DNA of 50,264 nucleotides, taken from the IMG/VR virus record IMGVR_UViG_2925891887_000005; one strand, 5' to 3'. Shown here one piece after another: positions 8,746 through 18,250 of this stretch. Each line of letters starts with the position of its first letter. Position 1 is the first letter of the stretch. The notes beneath the pieces are model-generated. The model made no database searches, was not told the origin of the DNA, and worked only from the letters and a program-made list of their open reading frames with translations. The translations under genes and the position numbers were made by a program. The DNA comes from a virus. Lineage: Duplodnaviria; Heunggongvirae; Uroviricota; Caudoviricetes.

Positions 8746-9570
8746 TCAGGCGGTGAAAGTCCCAATAAAGGTTTCTACTTTGCTGTCCTTGAATTTCTCA
8801 ACAAGCAGATCACGAAATTCGTTAGCCATTTCTTCCTGCACCGCCTCCAGCTGAATAATGCGCAGAACCAGTACAGGACGATCGCCAGTGATAATACTGA
8901 GGCGTAATTTAAACGGACGTTCTTTCAGACCTTCAAACGGAACGCATTTAAATTCAAATGCCACTGGCATAATGTCTTTGGTCTTCGCTTCGACAGACTC
9001 CATCAGGGAGCGTTTGCCGCTGAAGTCATTATCTTCAAAATCAGCGGTCTGGTTTGCTTCAATCGTGATTTTACGGACAGCCGCAGCCGCTTTTGTTGCC
9101 TGAATAGCGTCACCATTAGCATCAAAGCCCACAAGATAGTCGGCCCAGTCTTCAATCCATTCTGCTAGTGACTTCTGGGAGTTACGCTCGCCGTTAACAG
9201 ACAACAGAGCAGAGAACGGTGCTGTCTTTTTCAGTTTGAGTGTGGCGGTGTTATCTGCGTGACCTGGTTCATCAATAGTACCCAGGTTAAGCACACTGAC
9301 GGCACGCATATTATCAGCATCGATAAAGCAGCGGGTGCCTTCATCTGCAAGATCTTTAGAATAACGGGTAAAGTCATCGATGCTGGCAGTGGAAAGCGCA
9401 CCACGGAAACGGAAGCGATTTAAATTAAATTTTTCCAGATCATGAATGCGGAAATTCTCAGGCAATGCCACAGCATCGGCACCAATCTTACTGATAATTT
9501 CATTAACACCCTGAGCAGAAATAAGGGCATGGATTTGATTAATTGCGGTTGCGTCTAAGTTCTGAGACAT
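8746..9570 (-). CDS. yfdQ: YfdQ-family (DUF2303) prophage protein
   Basis: 274-aa ORF; length and sequence recalled as matching the CPS-53 YfdQ family. GAGGA ribosome-binding site upstream. Confidence 0.75.
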   Translation of the reverse strand: MSQNLDATAINQIHALISAQGVNEIISKIGADAVALPENFRIHDLEKFNLNRFRFRGALSTASIDDFTRYSKDLADEGTRCFIDADNMRAVSVLNLGTIDEPGHADNTATLKLKKTAPFSALLSVNGERNSQKSLAEWIEDWADYLVGFDANGDAIQATKAAAAVRKITIEANQTADFEDNDFSGKRSLMESVEAKTKDIMPVAFEFKCVPFEGLKERPFKLRLSIITGDRPVLVLRIIQLEAVQEEMANEFRDLLVEKFKDSKVETFIGTFTA

Positions 9571-9635
9571 AATAAGTCCTCACTATATAAAGATATTCAG
9601 TGATGAGATAAATAATTAGTTAATTAAGAACGATA

Positions 9636-9998
9636 TTAATGACCTGCTGCGCGAAGTTTTCCGTCAGGTTCACCGGCAAGAGTCAGTAATTGTCCCTGGT
9701 CTTCCTGCAGAATAGTCAGGCGACCACCGCGATTGACATACATCGGTGTTTCGGTGGTGTCTTCTTCAGAAATTTTCCCGCGGTTAGTCGGGCGAACATA
9801 TGAGAGTTTGTGTTTGATTTTCACACGGTTCTCATCAAACGGTTCGATTTCCAGGTTGAGCGAGACCTTACCTTTGGTTTTCGTGTTCATCACACCGGAA
9901 GCGACTTCACTGAGAACAGCGCCGATTTTGGTTTCAAATACGCCGCCGTCCAGCTCCCCGATAAATGCCTGCACATCAGTACTGCGTTCGCTAGCCAT
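9636..9998 (-). CDS. YfdP-like small prophage protein
   Basis: Start set at MASERS, which has GAGGAG 7 nt upstream; the track's 197-aa form carries an unlikely N-terminal extension. Confidence 0.55.
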   Translation of the reverse strand: MASERSTDVQAFIGELDGGVFETKIGAVLSEVASGVMNTKTKGKVSLNLEIEPFDENRVKIKHKLSYVRPTNRGKISEEDTTETPMYVNRGGRLTILQEDQGQLLTLAGEPDGKLRAAGH

Positions 9999-10595
9999 TT
10001 TGCTGCTCCTCATCATATCGACCCTGCAAGGTCGGTTGGTTTCTCCACAAAACAGAGAAGAACACCTGCGGTGACTGCCGCCCGGATGGATTGGGTTATG
10101 AGCCCGTCGTCCGGTGATGCTCTTCTCTGTTTTGTAAAAAGAGCGGTACCAGCCGGAAGCAAGGGTACAAACTGGTACCGCCAAAGCAGTGGCTGTTGTG
10201 GTGGGGTTGTCACTCAGGCGTATGGTCAACCTGACAATCCGGTGTCCTCAACGGGGAAAGAGTAACCCCGCCATACTTACCGCCGCGCCATTTCGCGGAT
10301 TACCACAACGCTGAGAGCACTTAGCCAGTTACGGCACCACACTTTGTCGCGGCTCCATAAATGCCCTCATCGTTGCACCCTGGTCTCTTCCCAGGCGTCA
10401 AACCGAATCGCCACGCTGGTTAGGCGTCTTATCAGCATCATCATTGACTTGCACATTCCGGCTACCTGGTTTGTTTGCTCGAGCAAGGAGTGGATTGTCC
10501 CCTTTAACGTCACCAGACCGCTAACGACGCATGTGCCATACGCCGTGTTACAACCAAATTTTGTTTTAATCTTGCCTGTGTTATGTTTCTTTTAG

Positions 10596-10626
10596 ATACA
10601 TTATGTATCTCATGGGTACATTGTCA
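10596..10626. promoter_or_regulatory. Operator-like palindromes left of cI (candidate oL/pL region)
   Basis: ATACAT-T-ATGTAT palindrome at 10596-10608 followed by GGTACAttGTCAA; half-sites resemble those between cI and cro. Confidence 0.35.
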
Positions 10627-10655
10627 AGTATAAAAAAACCTGCCGAAGCAGGTTC
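10627..10655 (-). terminator. Rho-independent terminator downstream of cI
   Basis: Minus-strand hairpin AACCTGCTTCGGCAGGTT followed by TTTTTTTAT, directly after the cI stop codon. Confidence 0.6.
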
Positions 10656-10666
10656 ATAAATATTGA

Positions 10667-11341
10667 TTAGGCCTTTATTGTGTATCTTCTTGGTTTTCCC
10701 GAGAAAATCACTGTACCAATTATAGAGCAATTACCGTTAATCTTAATGTAAGGCTCAGGCCAGTTTGGGTTTAATGCTTTGAGATAACGCTGTGTTCCAT
10801 CTTCTATCAATCGCTTGAAGGTGGTTTCGCCTGTATCGTGCATCAATGCAATAACGTCGTCACCGTGGCAGGCAGGGACTTCGGGATCAACAAAAATCAT
10901 GTCTCCAGGGCGGTACTCATCAATCATTGAATCACCAATCACCCGCAAGATATAAGTCATTTCGCCACAGGGTACAGGGCAGGGATACGTTTCTGCTGTG
11001 CTCAAATCAACCTCAGAATAGCCAACTTCTTTCCATGCTCCGGCCTGTACCCATGATATGACAGGGACTAACGTTATTTGTTTGTTAGTGATTGAAACAT
11101 CAGGTTTTTTTGTGATGTTCGTTGTCTGGTGTTCTTGATCAAGCCATCCGACAGGCAGGTCGAAACATTTTTCGATGTGCCGTGCCATGCTGTCACCGAT
11201 ATTTTTAGTAGCGCCATCCCCCATAAACCTGCTGGTTTGGGTTGGCTCGCGATCAATCATGGTGGCAAAAGATGAATTTCCGCCAACACCATCTCTCAGT
11301 TTTCTGGCGTTAGACCGCCGGATGTCATGGATTGTTTTCAT
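10667..11341 (-). CDS. cI: CI-like prophage repressor (HTH plus S24 LexA-like peptidase domain)
   Basis: 224 aa; C-terminal S24 autopeptidase region (GDSMIDEYRPGDMIFVDP... with downstream Lys); divergent from a cro-like gene. Confidence 0.85.
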   Translation of the reverse strand: MKTIHDIRRSNARKLRDGVGGNSSFATMIDREPTQTSRFMGDGATKNIGDSMARHIEKCFDLPVGWLDQEHQTTNITKKPDVSITNKQITLVPVISWVQAGAWKEVGYSEVDLSTAETYPCPVPCGEMTYILRVIGDSMIDEYRPGDMIFVDPEVPACHGDDVIALMHDTGETTFKRLIEDGTQRYLKALNPNWPEPYIKINGNCSIIGTVIFSGKPRRYTIKA

Positions 11342-11357
11342 AACGAAATTAAAACCT

Positions 11358-11376
11358 TTGTACCGATAAGGTACAA
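11358..11376. promoter_or_regulatory. Operator-like inverted repeat in the cI-cro intergenic region (candidate oR)
   Basis: TTGTACC-N5-GGTACAA perfect 7-bp arms; a related GGTACAtaTTGTA element lies just upstream of the cro start. Confidence 0.45.
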
Positions 11377-11431
11377 GTATCTTGAAGGTTCATTTCAATC
11401 ATGTAATATGTATACCGGAGGTACATATTGT

Positions 11432-11632
11432 ATGAAAGCGTATTGGGACTCTTTAACCAAAGAACAGCAGGGCGAGTTGGCCGGAAAAGTTGGCTCAACA
11501 CCTGGCTACTTACGGCTGGTTTTCAATGGTTATAAAAAAGCCAGTTTTGTGCTGGCGAAAAAACTTGAGCAATGCACGTCAGGTGCAATTACGAAATCTG
11601 ACTTAAGACCGGATATCTATCCGAAAGATTAA
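11432..11632 (+). CDS. cro: Cro-like HTH regulator
   Basis: 66 aa, GGAGG ribosome-binding site; divergent from cI; HTH-like segment LAGKVGSTPGYLRLV. Confidence 0.6.
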   Translation: MKAYWDSLTKEQQGELAGKVGSTPGYLRLVFNGYKKASFVLAKKLEQCTSGAITKSDLRPDIYPKD

Positions 11633-11663
11633 CAGAACACCTTCAATTTTTAACCACAGAACG

Positions 11664-12227
11664 ATGAGGCTAACCGTGGGTAAGTATCACTGGAAAGTAG
11701 AAAAACAGCCTGAGTGGTACGTGAAAGCTGTCAGAAAAACTATCGCAGCGTTGCCGGGTGGTTACGCTGAAGCAGCTGACTGGCTGGATGTAACAGAGAA
11801 CGCATTATTTAACCGCCTTCGTGCCGATGGCGATCAGATTTTCCCGCTGGGATGGGCAATGGTTTTACAGCGCGCGGCTGGCACTCACTACATTGCGGAT
11901 GCTGTCGCACAGTCTGCTGGTGGGGTGTTCGTATCGCTTCCTGAAATTGAGGAAGTAGAGAACGCCGATATAAACCAGCGCCTGCTGGAAGTCATCGAAC
12001 AGATCGGGAATTACTCAAAGCAGATTCGTTCGGCAATCGAAGATGGGGTCGTGGAGCCACACGAGCAGACAGCAATTAATGATGAGTTGTATCTGTCAAT
12101 TTCGAAGCTCCAAGAGCATGCAGCACTGGTCTACAAAATCTTTTGCGCTCCAGAAAAGAGTGACGCCCGCGAGTGTGCAGCTCCGGGCGTCGTGGCGTTT
12201 TGTGTCTGTGGAGAAACTAACGCATGA
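11664..12227 (+). CDS. CII-like / YdaT-like early regulator
   Basis: 187-aa ORF immediately downstream of cro in the rightward early operon; family assignment is from position and general resemblance only. Confidence 0.45.
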   Translation: MRLTVGKYHWKVEKQPEWYVKAVRKTIAALPGGYAEAADWLDVTENALFNRLRADGDQIFPLGWAMVLQRAAGTHYIADAVAQSAGGVFVSLPEIEEVENADINQRLLEVIEQIGNYSKQIRSAIEDGVVEPHEQTAINDELYLSISKLQEHAALVYKIFCAPEKSDARECAAPGVVAFCVCGETNA

Positions 12228-13060
12228 ACAGTTTAACGGCAAATAACCGTTTGTCGCAACAGCTGGTGGTCAGCGTCGCTGAACACCTGTTGTTACGGCA
12301 TGAATGCAGATTACCAAATCACCTGGCTGTAAGTAACCACAGAGAACTTTACCTGACTGTGGGGGGCGAGTTGTGCAGGAACTTAACCGCTGGTTTCGTG
12401 ACGGAAGAGGACTTTATGTTCATGTTATTCGTTGGGAGCCAGAAACACAGCGCGTTATCTATCTTCGCAAAGACTACCCGCATGAGTGCTTTAGTCCTTT
12501 GTGGAAATTCAGGCGTGATTTTATTGAGTGTGAAGGACCACCAGCACATTGATTCTGCCATTCCGGGACGTTACACTGTTCAGGCACCTTATAAAGCGGG
12601 TGCCGGGATTGGCGTCCTGGAATTGATCAAGGCGATATATGACGCGCCAGCGTCTTTTTTATCGTCCGCATTTGCTCACATCAAAGTTATGGTGGGCTGG
12701 GCGGGGGCATCGAAAGATGCGCCGGTTTCCTTGATCACCGGTTACGCCAACCCCGTTCAGTTCACCACCAGCGAAATTGGCGTTTCCGGTGGTGGAAGTA
12801 TTTCACCGATCAAGGAGGCTGCCATCATGGCTACTGTCCCAGCCCTCACTCGTCTGAATGATGAAGACTTACATAAACTCAGTTATGTAACAACAGCACT
12901 ACGTGCTCTGCGCAAGGTAACTCTTTCAGATCCGCAGGCGCATCAACTTCTGGTAGAAACCCTTCTTAACTTGCAGGCTGAACGTATTCGTTTGGCGGAT
13001 AAGGCTAATCTTCATATTCACCGTCTCCTGAATATCAGCGGAGGGCATCGTCATGCTTAA
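12224..13060 (+). CDS. Hypothetical early protein(s); coding frame ambiguous
   Basis: ATG overlaps the upstream stop (ATGA). There is an internal AAGGAGG plus ATG at 12827, and an alternative-frame GTG ORF at 12373-12552; it may be one gene or several small ones. Confidence 0.35.
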   Translation: MNSLTANNRLSQQLVVSVAEHLLLRHECRLPNHLAVSNHRELYLTVGGELCRNLTAGFVTEEDFMFMLFVGSQKHSALSIFAKTTRMSALVLCGNSGVILLSVKDHQHIDSAIPGRYTVQAPYKAGAGIGVLELIKAIYDAPASFLSSAFAHIKVMVGWAGASKDAPVSLITGYANPVQFTTSEIGVSGGGSISPIKEAAIMATVPALTRLNDEDLHKLSYVTTALRALRKVTLSDPQAHQLLVETLLNLQAERIRLADKANLHIHRLLNISGGHRHA

Positions 13061-13289
13061 TCCGTTGATCCTCAATATTCACCGTTTACTTCAGCGTAAA
13101 AAAATATCAATTCCTACAGTTGGGCAGTGGTACACCACACCTGCAGGGCATGTTCTACGTGTTAGCCTGGTTGACCGTGAATGCCAGAAGGTGATTTGTG
13201 AACCGCTTGGCCGTAATTACCGCGTCAGTATGCCGCTTATAGCCTTTCGCTCCGGAAAAAACATGAAGCATCTCGGAGGTGCAGCATGA
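13053..13289 (+). CDS. Hypothetical small early protein
   Basis: 78 aa; start overlaps the upstream stop and the stop overlaps the O-like start (ATGA), indicating translational coupling. Confidence 0.45.
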   Translation: MLNPLILNIHRLLQRKKISIPTVGQWYTTPAGHVLRVSLVDRECQKVICEPLGRNYRVSMPLIAFRSGKNMKHLGGAA

Positions 13290-14104
13290 GTATGGAGCTG
13301 ATGGTTAAAGCGATGAAAATTCGAGTGGGTAATCCATTGCGAAAACTGGTTCTGATCAAGCTGGCTGATAATGCCAGCGATCAGGGTGAGTGTTGGCCCA
13401 GCTACCAGCATATTGCTGACCAGTGCGAGATTAGCAAACGTTCTGTGATGAATCATATTGCGGCCCTTTGTGAGTCCGGGCTGGTAAAAAAAGTCACCCG
13501 GAAAGGTGAAAAAGGTAACTCAAGTAATATCTATCTCCTTCATCTTGATGGTGCAGGAGATTCACTAGGGGGTAGTGCAAATAATTCACTATCTGGTGCA
13601 GCAAATTCACCAGGTAGTGCAGGAGTTGCACCAGGGGGTAGTGCAGGAGATTCACCCAGAACCAGTCACTCTTTTGAACCAGTCAAAGAACCAGTCAATG
13701 AACCAATAGCTGTTGGTGCATCAGTTGATGAGTCCGTGCGAGTTCGTTCAAACCGACCGGAATACTCTCCGGAGTTTGAGCAGGCATGGCTGGTATATCC
13801 CAAACGTGCTGGTGGCAATTCAAAATCTGCAGCCTTCAAAGCCTGGAAAGCCCGTTTGAATGAGGGGGTAAACCCCGAAACCATGCTGGAAGGTGTGAAA
13901 CGCTACGCGGGCTGGGTATCTGCGATGGGTAACAGCGGCACACAATTTGTGAAACAGGCTGTCACGTTCTTTGGTCCGGATCGTCATTTCGAAGAATCCT
14001 GGGAAGTTCCTGCGGTATCTGCAGCCAGACGCGAGGACCCGTACTTCAAAGCCAGTTACGACAACGTGGACTACAGCCAGATCCCGGCAGGATTCAGGGG
14101 GTGA
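13286..14104 (+). CDS. Replication initiator (O-like, N-terminal HTH) with internal iterons
   Basis: N-terminal HTH replisome-organiser-like region; a Gly/Ser/Ala-rich linker is encoded by DNA direct repeats; position matches lambda O. Confidence 0.65.
   Translation: MSMELMVKAMKIRVGNPLRKLVLIKLADNASDQGECWPSYQHIADQCEISKRSVMNHIAALCESGLVKKVTRKGEKGNSSNIYLLHLDGAGDSLGGSANNSLSGAANSPGSAGVAPGGSAGDSPRTSHSFEPVKEPVNEPIAVGASVDESVRVRSNRPEYSPEFEQAWLVYPKRAGGNSKSAAFKAWKARLNEGVNPETMLEGVKRYAGWVSAMGNSGTQFVKQAVTFFGPDRHFEESWEVPAVSAARREDPYFKASYDNVDYSQIPAGFRG
13549..13705. repeat. Iteron-like direct repeats (candidate ori) inside the O-like gene
   Basis: GTGCAGGAGATTCAC occurs twice, with related GGTAGTGCA/GGTGCAGCA units between, then GAACCAGTCA repeated three times. 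Confidence 0.5.
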
Positions 14105-14595
14105 TCATGAGTCTTTTGAATGAAGTTCAGAAATACATTGAAGCCCATCCGGGGTGTACTTCCGGAGACATTGCGGATGCTTTTGCAGGTTACTCACGGC
14201 AGCGCGTTCTGCAGTCAGCAAGCAAGTTACGTCAGAGTGGTCGTGTGGCTCACCGTTGTGAAGGGGATACACGCAGACATTTCCCGCGCCTGACTGAGAG
14301 AGCGCAGGAGGCGGAACCGCAACCAGTTCGTGAAACCAGACCTGTGCGCAATTTCTATGTCGGCACTAACGATCCCCGGGTGATTTTGTGCCTGACCCGC
14401 CAGGCGGAAGAACTGGAGTCGAGGGGCTTATACCGTCGTGCTGCAACGGTGTGGATGGCGGCATTCCGTGAAAGCCACTCCCAGCCAGAGCGAAACAATT
14501 TTCTTGCGCGTCGTGAGCGGTGTTTACGGAAAAGCAGCAAGCGCGCTGCATCGGGTGAAGAGTGGTATCTGTCAGGGAATTACGTGGGGGCTTAA
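14101..14595 (+). CDS. Hypothetical early protein (winged-helix-like N-terminus)
   Basis: 164 aa, translationally coupled to flanking genes; function not assignable from sequence. Confidence 0.45.
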   Translation: MIMSLLNEVQKYIEAHPGCTSGDIADAFAGYSRQRVLQSASKLRQSGRVAHRCEGDTRRHFPRLTERAQEAEPQPVRETRPVRNFYVGTNDPRVILCLTRQAEELESRGLYRRAATVWMAAFRESHSQPERNNFLARRERCLRKSSKRAASGEEWYLSGNYVGA

Positions 14596-15248
14596 TGAGT
14601 AATAAATATTGCCAGGCGCTGGTGGAGCTGCGGAACAAACCAGCCCATGAACTGAAGGAAGTGGGCGATCAGTGGCGCACGCCGGATAACATTTTCTGGG
14701 GAATTAACACCCTGTTTGGCCCGTTTGTTCTGGATCTGTTCACTGATGGTGATAACGCCAAATGTGCCGCTTATTACACTGCGGAAGACAACGCGCTGGC
14801 GCATGACTGGTCTGAACGTCTTGCGGAGCTTAAAGGTGCTGCCTTTGGTAATCCCCCGTACAGCCGCGCCAGTCAGCATGAAGGGCAATACATCACCGGC
14901 ATGCGTTACATCATGAAGCATGCCAGTGCCATGCGTGATAAGGGCGGACGCTATGTTTTCCTGATCAAAGCTGCCACCAGCGAAGTGTGGTGGCCGGAAG
15001 ATGCAGATCATATTGCTTTTATTCGCGGGCGTATTGGTTTTGAACTGCCTGCCTGGTTTATCCCGAAGGACGAGAAGCAGGTGCCGACAGGCGCTTTCTT
15101 CGCTGGTGCTATTGCTGTTTTCGACAAGACCTGGAAGGGACCGGCAATCAGCTACATCGGGCGCGATGAACTTGAGGCATGTGGTGAGGCGTTTCTGGCG
15201 CAGGTTCGCCAGCAGGCAGAAAAACTGGTCAGGGAGATGGCGGCATGA
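14595..15248 (+). CDS. Phage Dam-like DNA N6-adenine methyltransferase
   Basis: Contains the NPPY catalytic motif (FGNPPYS); start overlaps the upstream stop (TAATG). Confidence 0.75.
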   Translation: MSNKYCQALVELRNKPAHELKEVGDQWRTPDNIFWGINTLFGPFVLDLFTDGDNAKCAAYYTAEDNALAHDWSERLAELKGAAFGNPPYSRASQHEGQYITGMRYIMKHASAMRDKGGRYVFLIKAATSEVWWPEDADHIAFIRGRIGFELPAWFIPKDEKQVPTGAFFAGAIAVFDKTWKGPAISYIGRDELEACGEAFLAQVRQQAEKLVREMAA

Positions 15249-15571
15249 CGACGTTAACTCAATGCCAGCAGCAGGTGCTGGATATGCTGATTTCTTATCA
15301 GAAAGAACGTGGCTTCCCGCCAACCAATCAGGAGGTGGCAACCATGCTGGGATACCGTTCGGTGAATGCAGCGGTGGAGCATCTTCGCGCACTGGAGAAA
15401 AAAGGCGTCATCACGATAAAGCGTGGCGTGGCCCGGGGGATAACGCTTCATACCGCGGTGAAGGACGACGACAGCGAGGCGGTCGGGATTATCCGCTCAC
15501 TGCTTGCCGGTGAGGAAAACGCAAGGCTGCGTGCAGCCCACTGGTTACATGAGAGGGGGCTGAAAGTATGA
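15245..15571 (+). CDS. LexA-N-terminal-like DNA-binding protein
   Basis: 108 aa; resembles the LexA winged-helix DNA-binding domain (GFPPTNQEVATMLGYRSVNAAVEHLRALEKKG). Confidence 0.55.
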   Translation: MTTLTQCQQQVLDMLISYQKERGFPPTNQEVATMLGYRSVNAAVEHLRALEKKGVITIKRGVARGITLHTAVKDDDSEAVGIIRSLLAGEENARLRAAHWLHERGLKV

Positions 15572-15957
15572 AGCTGATTCTGCCTTTTCCACCCAGCGTG
15601 AACACCTACTGGCGACACCCCAACAAAGGGGCATTTGCTGGTAAGAGCCTGATAAGCGCGGCGGGGCGAAAATTCCAAAGTGCGGCGTGCACAGCAATAG
15701 TTGAGCAGTTACGTCGTCTGCCGAAACCAACGTCGGCACCTGCTTCAGTGGAGATCGTGTTGTTTCCTCCGGATAACCGGATCCGCGATCTGGACAACTA
15801 TAACAAGGCGCTGTTTGACGCCCTGACCCACGCGGGTGTGTGGGAAGACGACAGCCAGGTGAAAAGAATGCTGGTGGAGTGGGGACCGGTTATCCCGGAA
15901 GGGAAGGTCGAGATCACTATCAGTAAGTACGAGAAAACGGCGGGTGCAGCCGCCTGA
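15568..15957 (+). CDS. rusA: RusA Holliday-junction resolvase
   Basis: MKLILPFPPSVNTYWRH...DLDNYNKALFDALTHAGVWEDD matches the RusA family signature. Confidence 0.85.
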   Translation: MKLILPFPPSVNTYWRHPNKGAFAGKSLISAAGRKFQSAACTAIVEQLRRLPKPTSAPASVEIVLFPPDNRIRDLDNYNKALFDALTHAGVWEDDSQVKRMLVEWGPVIPEGKVEITISKYEKTAGAAA

Positions 15958-15976
15958 TCAAGAGGAGAAACGAAGT

Positions 15977-16786
15977 ATGAATAATCTGATGGTCATTGAT
16001 GGTATTGAAGTTCGTCGTGATGCTTATGGGCGTTACAGCCTGAACGATCTGCACAGGGCAGCCGGGGGAGAACAAAAAAACCGCCCGAAATACTGGCTCT
16101 CCAATAAGCAAACCTGTGAATTGATTGAACAACTTTTCACCGAGGGTGGAATTCCGCCTCTGGAACAAAATCAACCAGTTAGCGTCATTAATGGCGGAAA
16201 TAACCAGGGGACGTATGTCTGCAAAGAACTGGTGTATGCCTATGCAATGTGGATCAGCCCGTCATTCCATCTGAAGGTGATCCGTACTTTCGACATGGTA
16301 ACCAGCGCGCCGGAAAAATTATCCGGACAGGCTGCTGACAAGATGCAGGCTGGTGTGATTCTGCTGGACTTTATGCGCCGGGAATTAAACCTGTCTAACT
16401 CTTCAGTGCTTGGTGCCTGTCAGAAACTCCAGGAGGCTGTTGGCTTACCGAATCTGGCACCGCGCTATGCCATTGATGCTCCTGCTGACGCGCCTGATGG
16501 CTCAAGCCGCCCCACGCTGTCACTGAGTGCACTGCTGAAGCAGTATGGTATCCGCCTGACAGCTAATCAGGCATATCACCAGATGGCGAAGCTGGGGATC
16601 GTTGAACAACGTGAACGATACAGCCGCACTGCGATTAACAACATCAAAAAATTCTGGTCGCTGACGGCGAAAGGCTGCATGTTCGGCAAGAACATCACCA
16701 GTCCCGCAAATCCGCGCGAGACGCAGCCGCATTTCTTCGAATCCCGGTTCCCTGAGCTGTTAAAGCTGCTCGATACCGTTCATTGA
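15977..16786 (+). CDS. KilA-N-domain protein (antirepressor-like)
   Basis: N-terminal KilA-N-like region (IDGIEVRRDAYGRYSLNDLHRAAG); AGGAGA ribosome-binding site before ATG 15977. Confidence 0.6.
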   Translation: MNNLMVIDGIEVRRDAYGRYSLNDLHRAAGGEQKNRPKYWLSNKQTCELIEQLFTEGGIPPLEQNQPVSVINGGNNQGTYVCKELVYAYAMWISPSFHLKVIRTFDMVTSAPEKLSGQAADKMQAGVILLDFMRRELNLSNSSVLGACQKLQEAVGLPNLAPRYAIDAPADAPDGSSRPTLSLSALLKQYGIRLTANQAYHQMAKLGIVEQRERYSRTAINNIKKFWSLTAKGCMFGKNITSPANPRETQPHFFESRFPELLKLLDTVH

Positions 16787-16787
16787 G

Positions 16788-17783
16788 GTGACCGTGAGAG
16801 CGCTACTGACCCCTGAAATTGCCCCGCGTATGGGGATCGTATTGTTCAGGCCAGGTTCAGAGCTGATGCCCCTGTTTATGCAGGGGCGTGTCCTGCTGGA
16901 GCCTGAGCCGGAACGTTATTCATCTTTCGCCAGTGGTGCCGTTCCGGCGGCATCACAACCGCTGGCGGATGATCCTGCCGTTCGGGCCGTGTTCCGCAAT
17001 GAGGCAGTGATTCGTCGTGCTGGTGGAGTGGAATGTCTTGAACGCTGGTTACTTCGTGAAAAAGGTTGCCAGTGGCCTCATTCCGACTGGCACAGCGAGA
17101 ACATGACCACAATGCGACACACGCCGGGCGCAATCCGTCTGTGCTGGCACTGCGATAACCAGCTGCGCGATCAGTTCACGGAACGGCTGGAATCAATGGC
17201 AACGGATAACTGTACCCGCTGGGTGTTGTCTGTTGTGCGTCGGGATCTCGGTTTTGATGACAGTCACGTTGTGACAATGCCGGAACTGTGCTGGTGGCTG
17301 ATTCGTAATGACCTGGCGGATGCCTTACCGGAAAGTGCAGCCCGTAAGGCACTGAGATTACCGAAGCCTGTTGTGCCGTCTGTCACCCGGGAAAGTGACC
17401 TTGTGCCTTCGGTTCCTGCCACCAGCATCATCCAGGATAAAGCGAAAAAGGTGCTGGCGCTGAAAGTGGATCCGGAGTCGCCGGAGTCTTTTATGTTACG
17501 CCCAAAACGTCGCCGCTGGGTTAATGAAAAGTACACGCGCTGGGTTAAGACACAGCCGTGTGCATGTTGTGGAAAGCCTGCTGATGATCCCCACCACCTG
17601 ATAGGTCACGGTCAGGGTGGAATGGGAACAAAAGCGCATGACCTTTTTGTGTTGCCTTTGTGCAGAAAGCATCACGACGAGCTGCATGCGGATACCGTGG
17701 CATTTGAAGAGAAGTATGGCTCCCAGCTGGAGCTGATATTTCGTTTTATCGATCGTGCGCTGGCAATTGGCGTGCTGGCCTGA
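16788..17783 (+). CDS. DUF968-family prophage protein (Cys/His-rich C-terminus)
   Basis: C-terminal [18 protein letters not shown]...CRKHHDELH pattern, as recalled for Rac/Qin prophage DUF968 proteins; GTG start. Confidence 0.55.
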   Translation: MTVRALLTPEIAPRMGIVLFRPGSELMPLFMQGRVLLEPEPERYSSFASGAVPAASQPLADDPAVRAVFRNEAVIRRAGGVECLERWLLREKGCQWPHSDWHSENMTTMRHTPGAIRLCWHCDNQLRDQFTERLESMATDNCTRWVLSVVRRDLGFDDSHVVTMPELCWWLIRNDLADALPESAARKALRLPKPVVPSVTRESDLVPSVPATSIIQDKAKKVLALKVDPESPESFMLRPKRRRWVNEKYTRWVKTQPCACCGKPADDPHHLIGHGQGGMGTKAHDLFVLPLCRKHHDELHADTVAFEEKYGSQLELIFRFIDRALAIGVLA

Positions 17784-17800
17784 TTTTGTGGAGAAAGTTG

Positions 17801-18166
17801 ATGCGTGATATTCAGATGGTTCTTGAACGTTGGGGGGCATGGGTGGCAAATAATCACGAGGATGTCACCTGGTCGTCTATTGCTGCAGGATTTAAAGGAC
17901 TAATCCCTTCAAAAGTAAAATCCCGCCCGCAATGTTGTGACGATGACGCGATGATCATTTGTGGGTGCATGGCTCGCCTGAAAAAGAACAACAGCGATTT
18001 GCACGATTTATTAGTGGATTATTATGTAGGTGGTATGACGTTTATGGCGCTTGCCCGTAAACATGGGCGTTCTGATTGCTGGGTTGGGCGTTTATTGCAA
18101 AAGGCTGAAGGTGTAGTTGATGGCATGTTAATGATGTTAGAAATTGAGCTAGAGATGGATCGTTAG
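17801..18166 (+). CDS. Q: Late-gene antiterminator Q-like protein
   Basis: Position immediately upstream of the late/lysis region; Cys-rich small protein; ATG with GGAG ribosome-binding site. Confidence 0.55.
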   Translation: MRDIQMVLERWGAWVANNHEDVTWSSIAAGFKGLIPSKVKSRPQCCDDDAMIICGCMARLKKNNSDLHDLLVDYYVGGMTFMALARKHGRSDCWVGRLLQKAEGVVDGMLMMLEIELEMDR

Positions 18167-18208
18167 AAGACCTCTTATTGAGGGGGTAATTGAATCAGTT
18201 TAATGTGT

Positions 18209-18240
18209 GGGGAGTCGATTTATTCTCCCCATTTTATTTA
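18209..18240 (+). terminator. Terminator-like hairpin downstream of Q
   Basis: GGGGAG-loop-CTCCCC followed by ATTTTATTT. Confidence 0.45.
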
Positions 18241-18250
18241 ATTAATTTAC

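Noticed and set aside
9636-10229. 197-aa long form of the yfdP-like ORF
   Set aside because: The N-terminal 77 codons lack a ribosome-binding site and look non-coding; a strong GAGGAG precedes the internal MASERS start.
13549-13705. CRISPR array
   Set aside because: The repeats are short, imperfect, lie inside a coding sequence and lack spacer-sized unique intervals; they fit origin iterons. No CRISPR-like array was seen anywhere in the window.
14592-15392. 266-aa minus-strand ORF overlapping the Dam-like and LexA-like genes
   Set aside because: Antisense to two well-supported, translationally coupled plus-strand genes; no ribosome-binding site or motif.
15001-15513. 170-aa plus-strand alternate-frame ORF (Arg-rich)
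   Set aside because: Off-frame overlap of the Dam-like and LexA-like coding sequences; composition is atypical for a protein.
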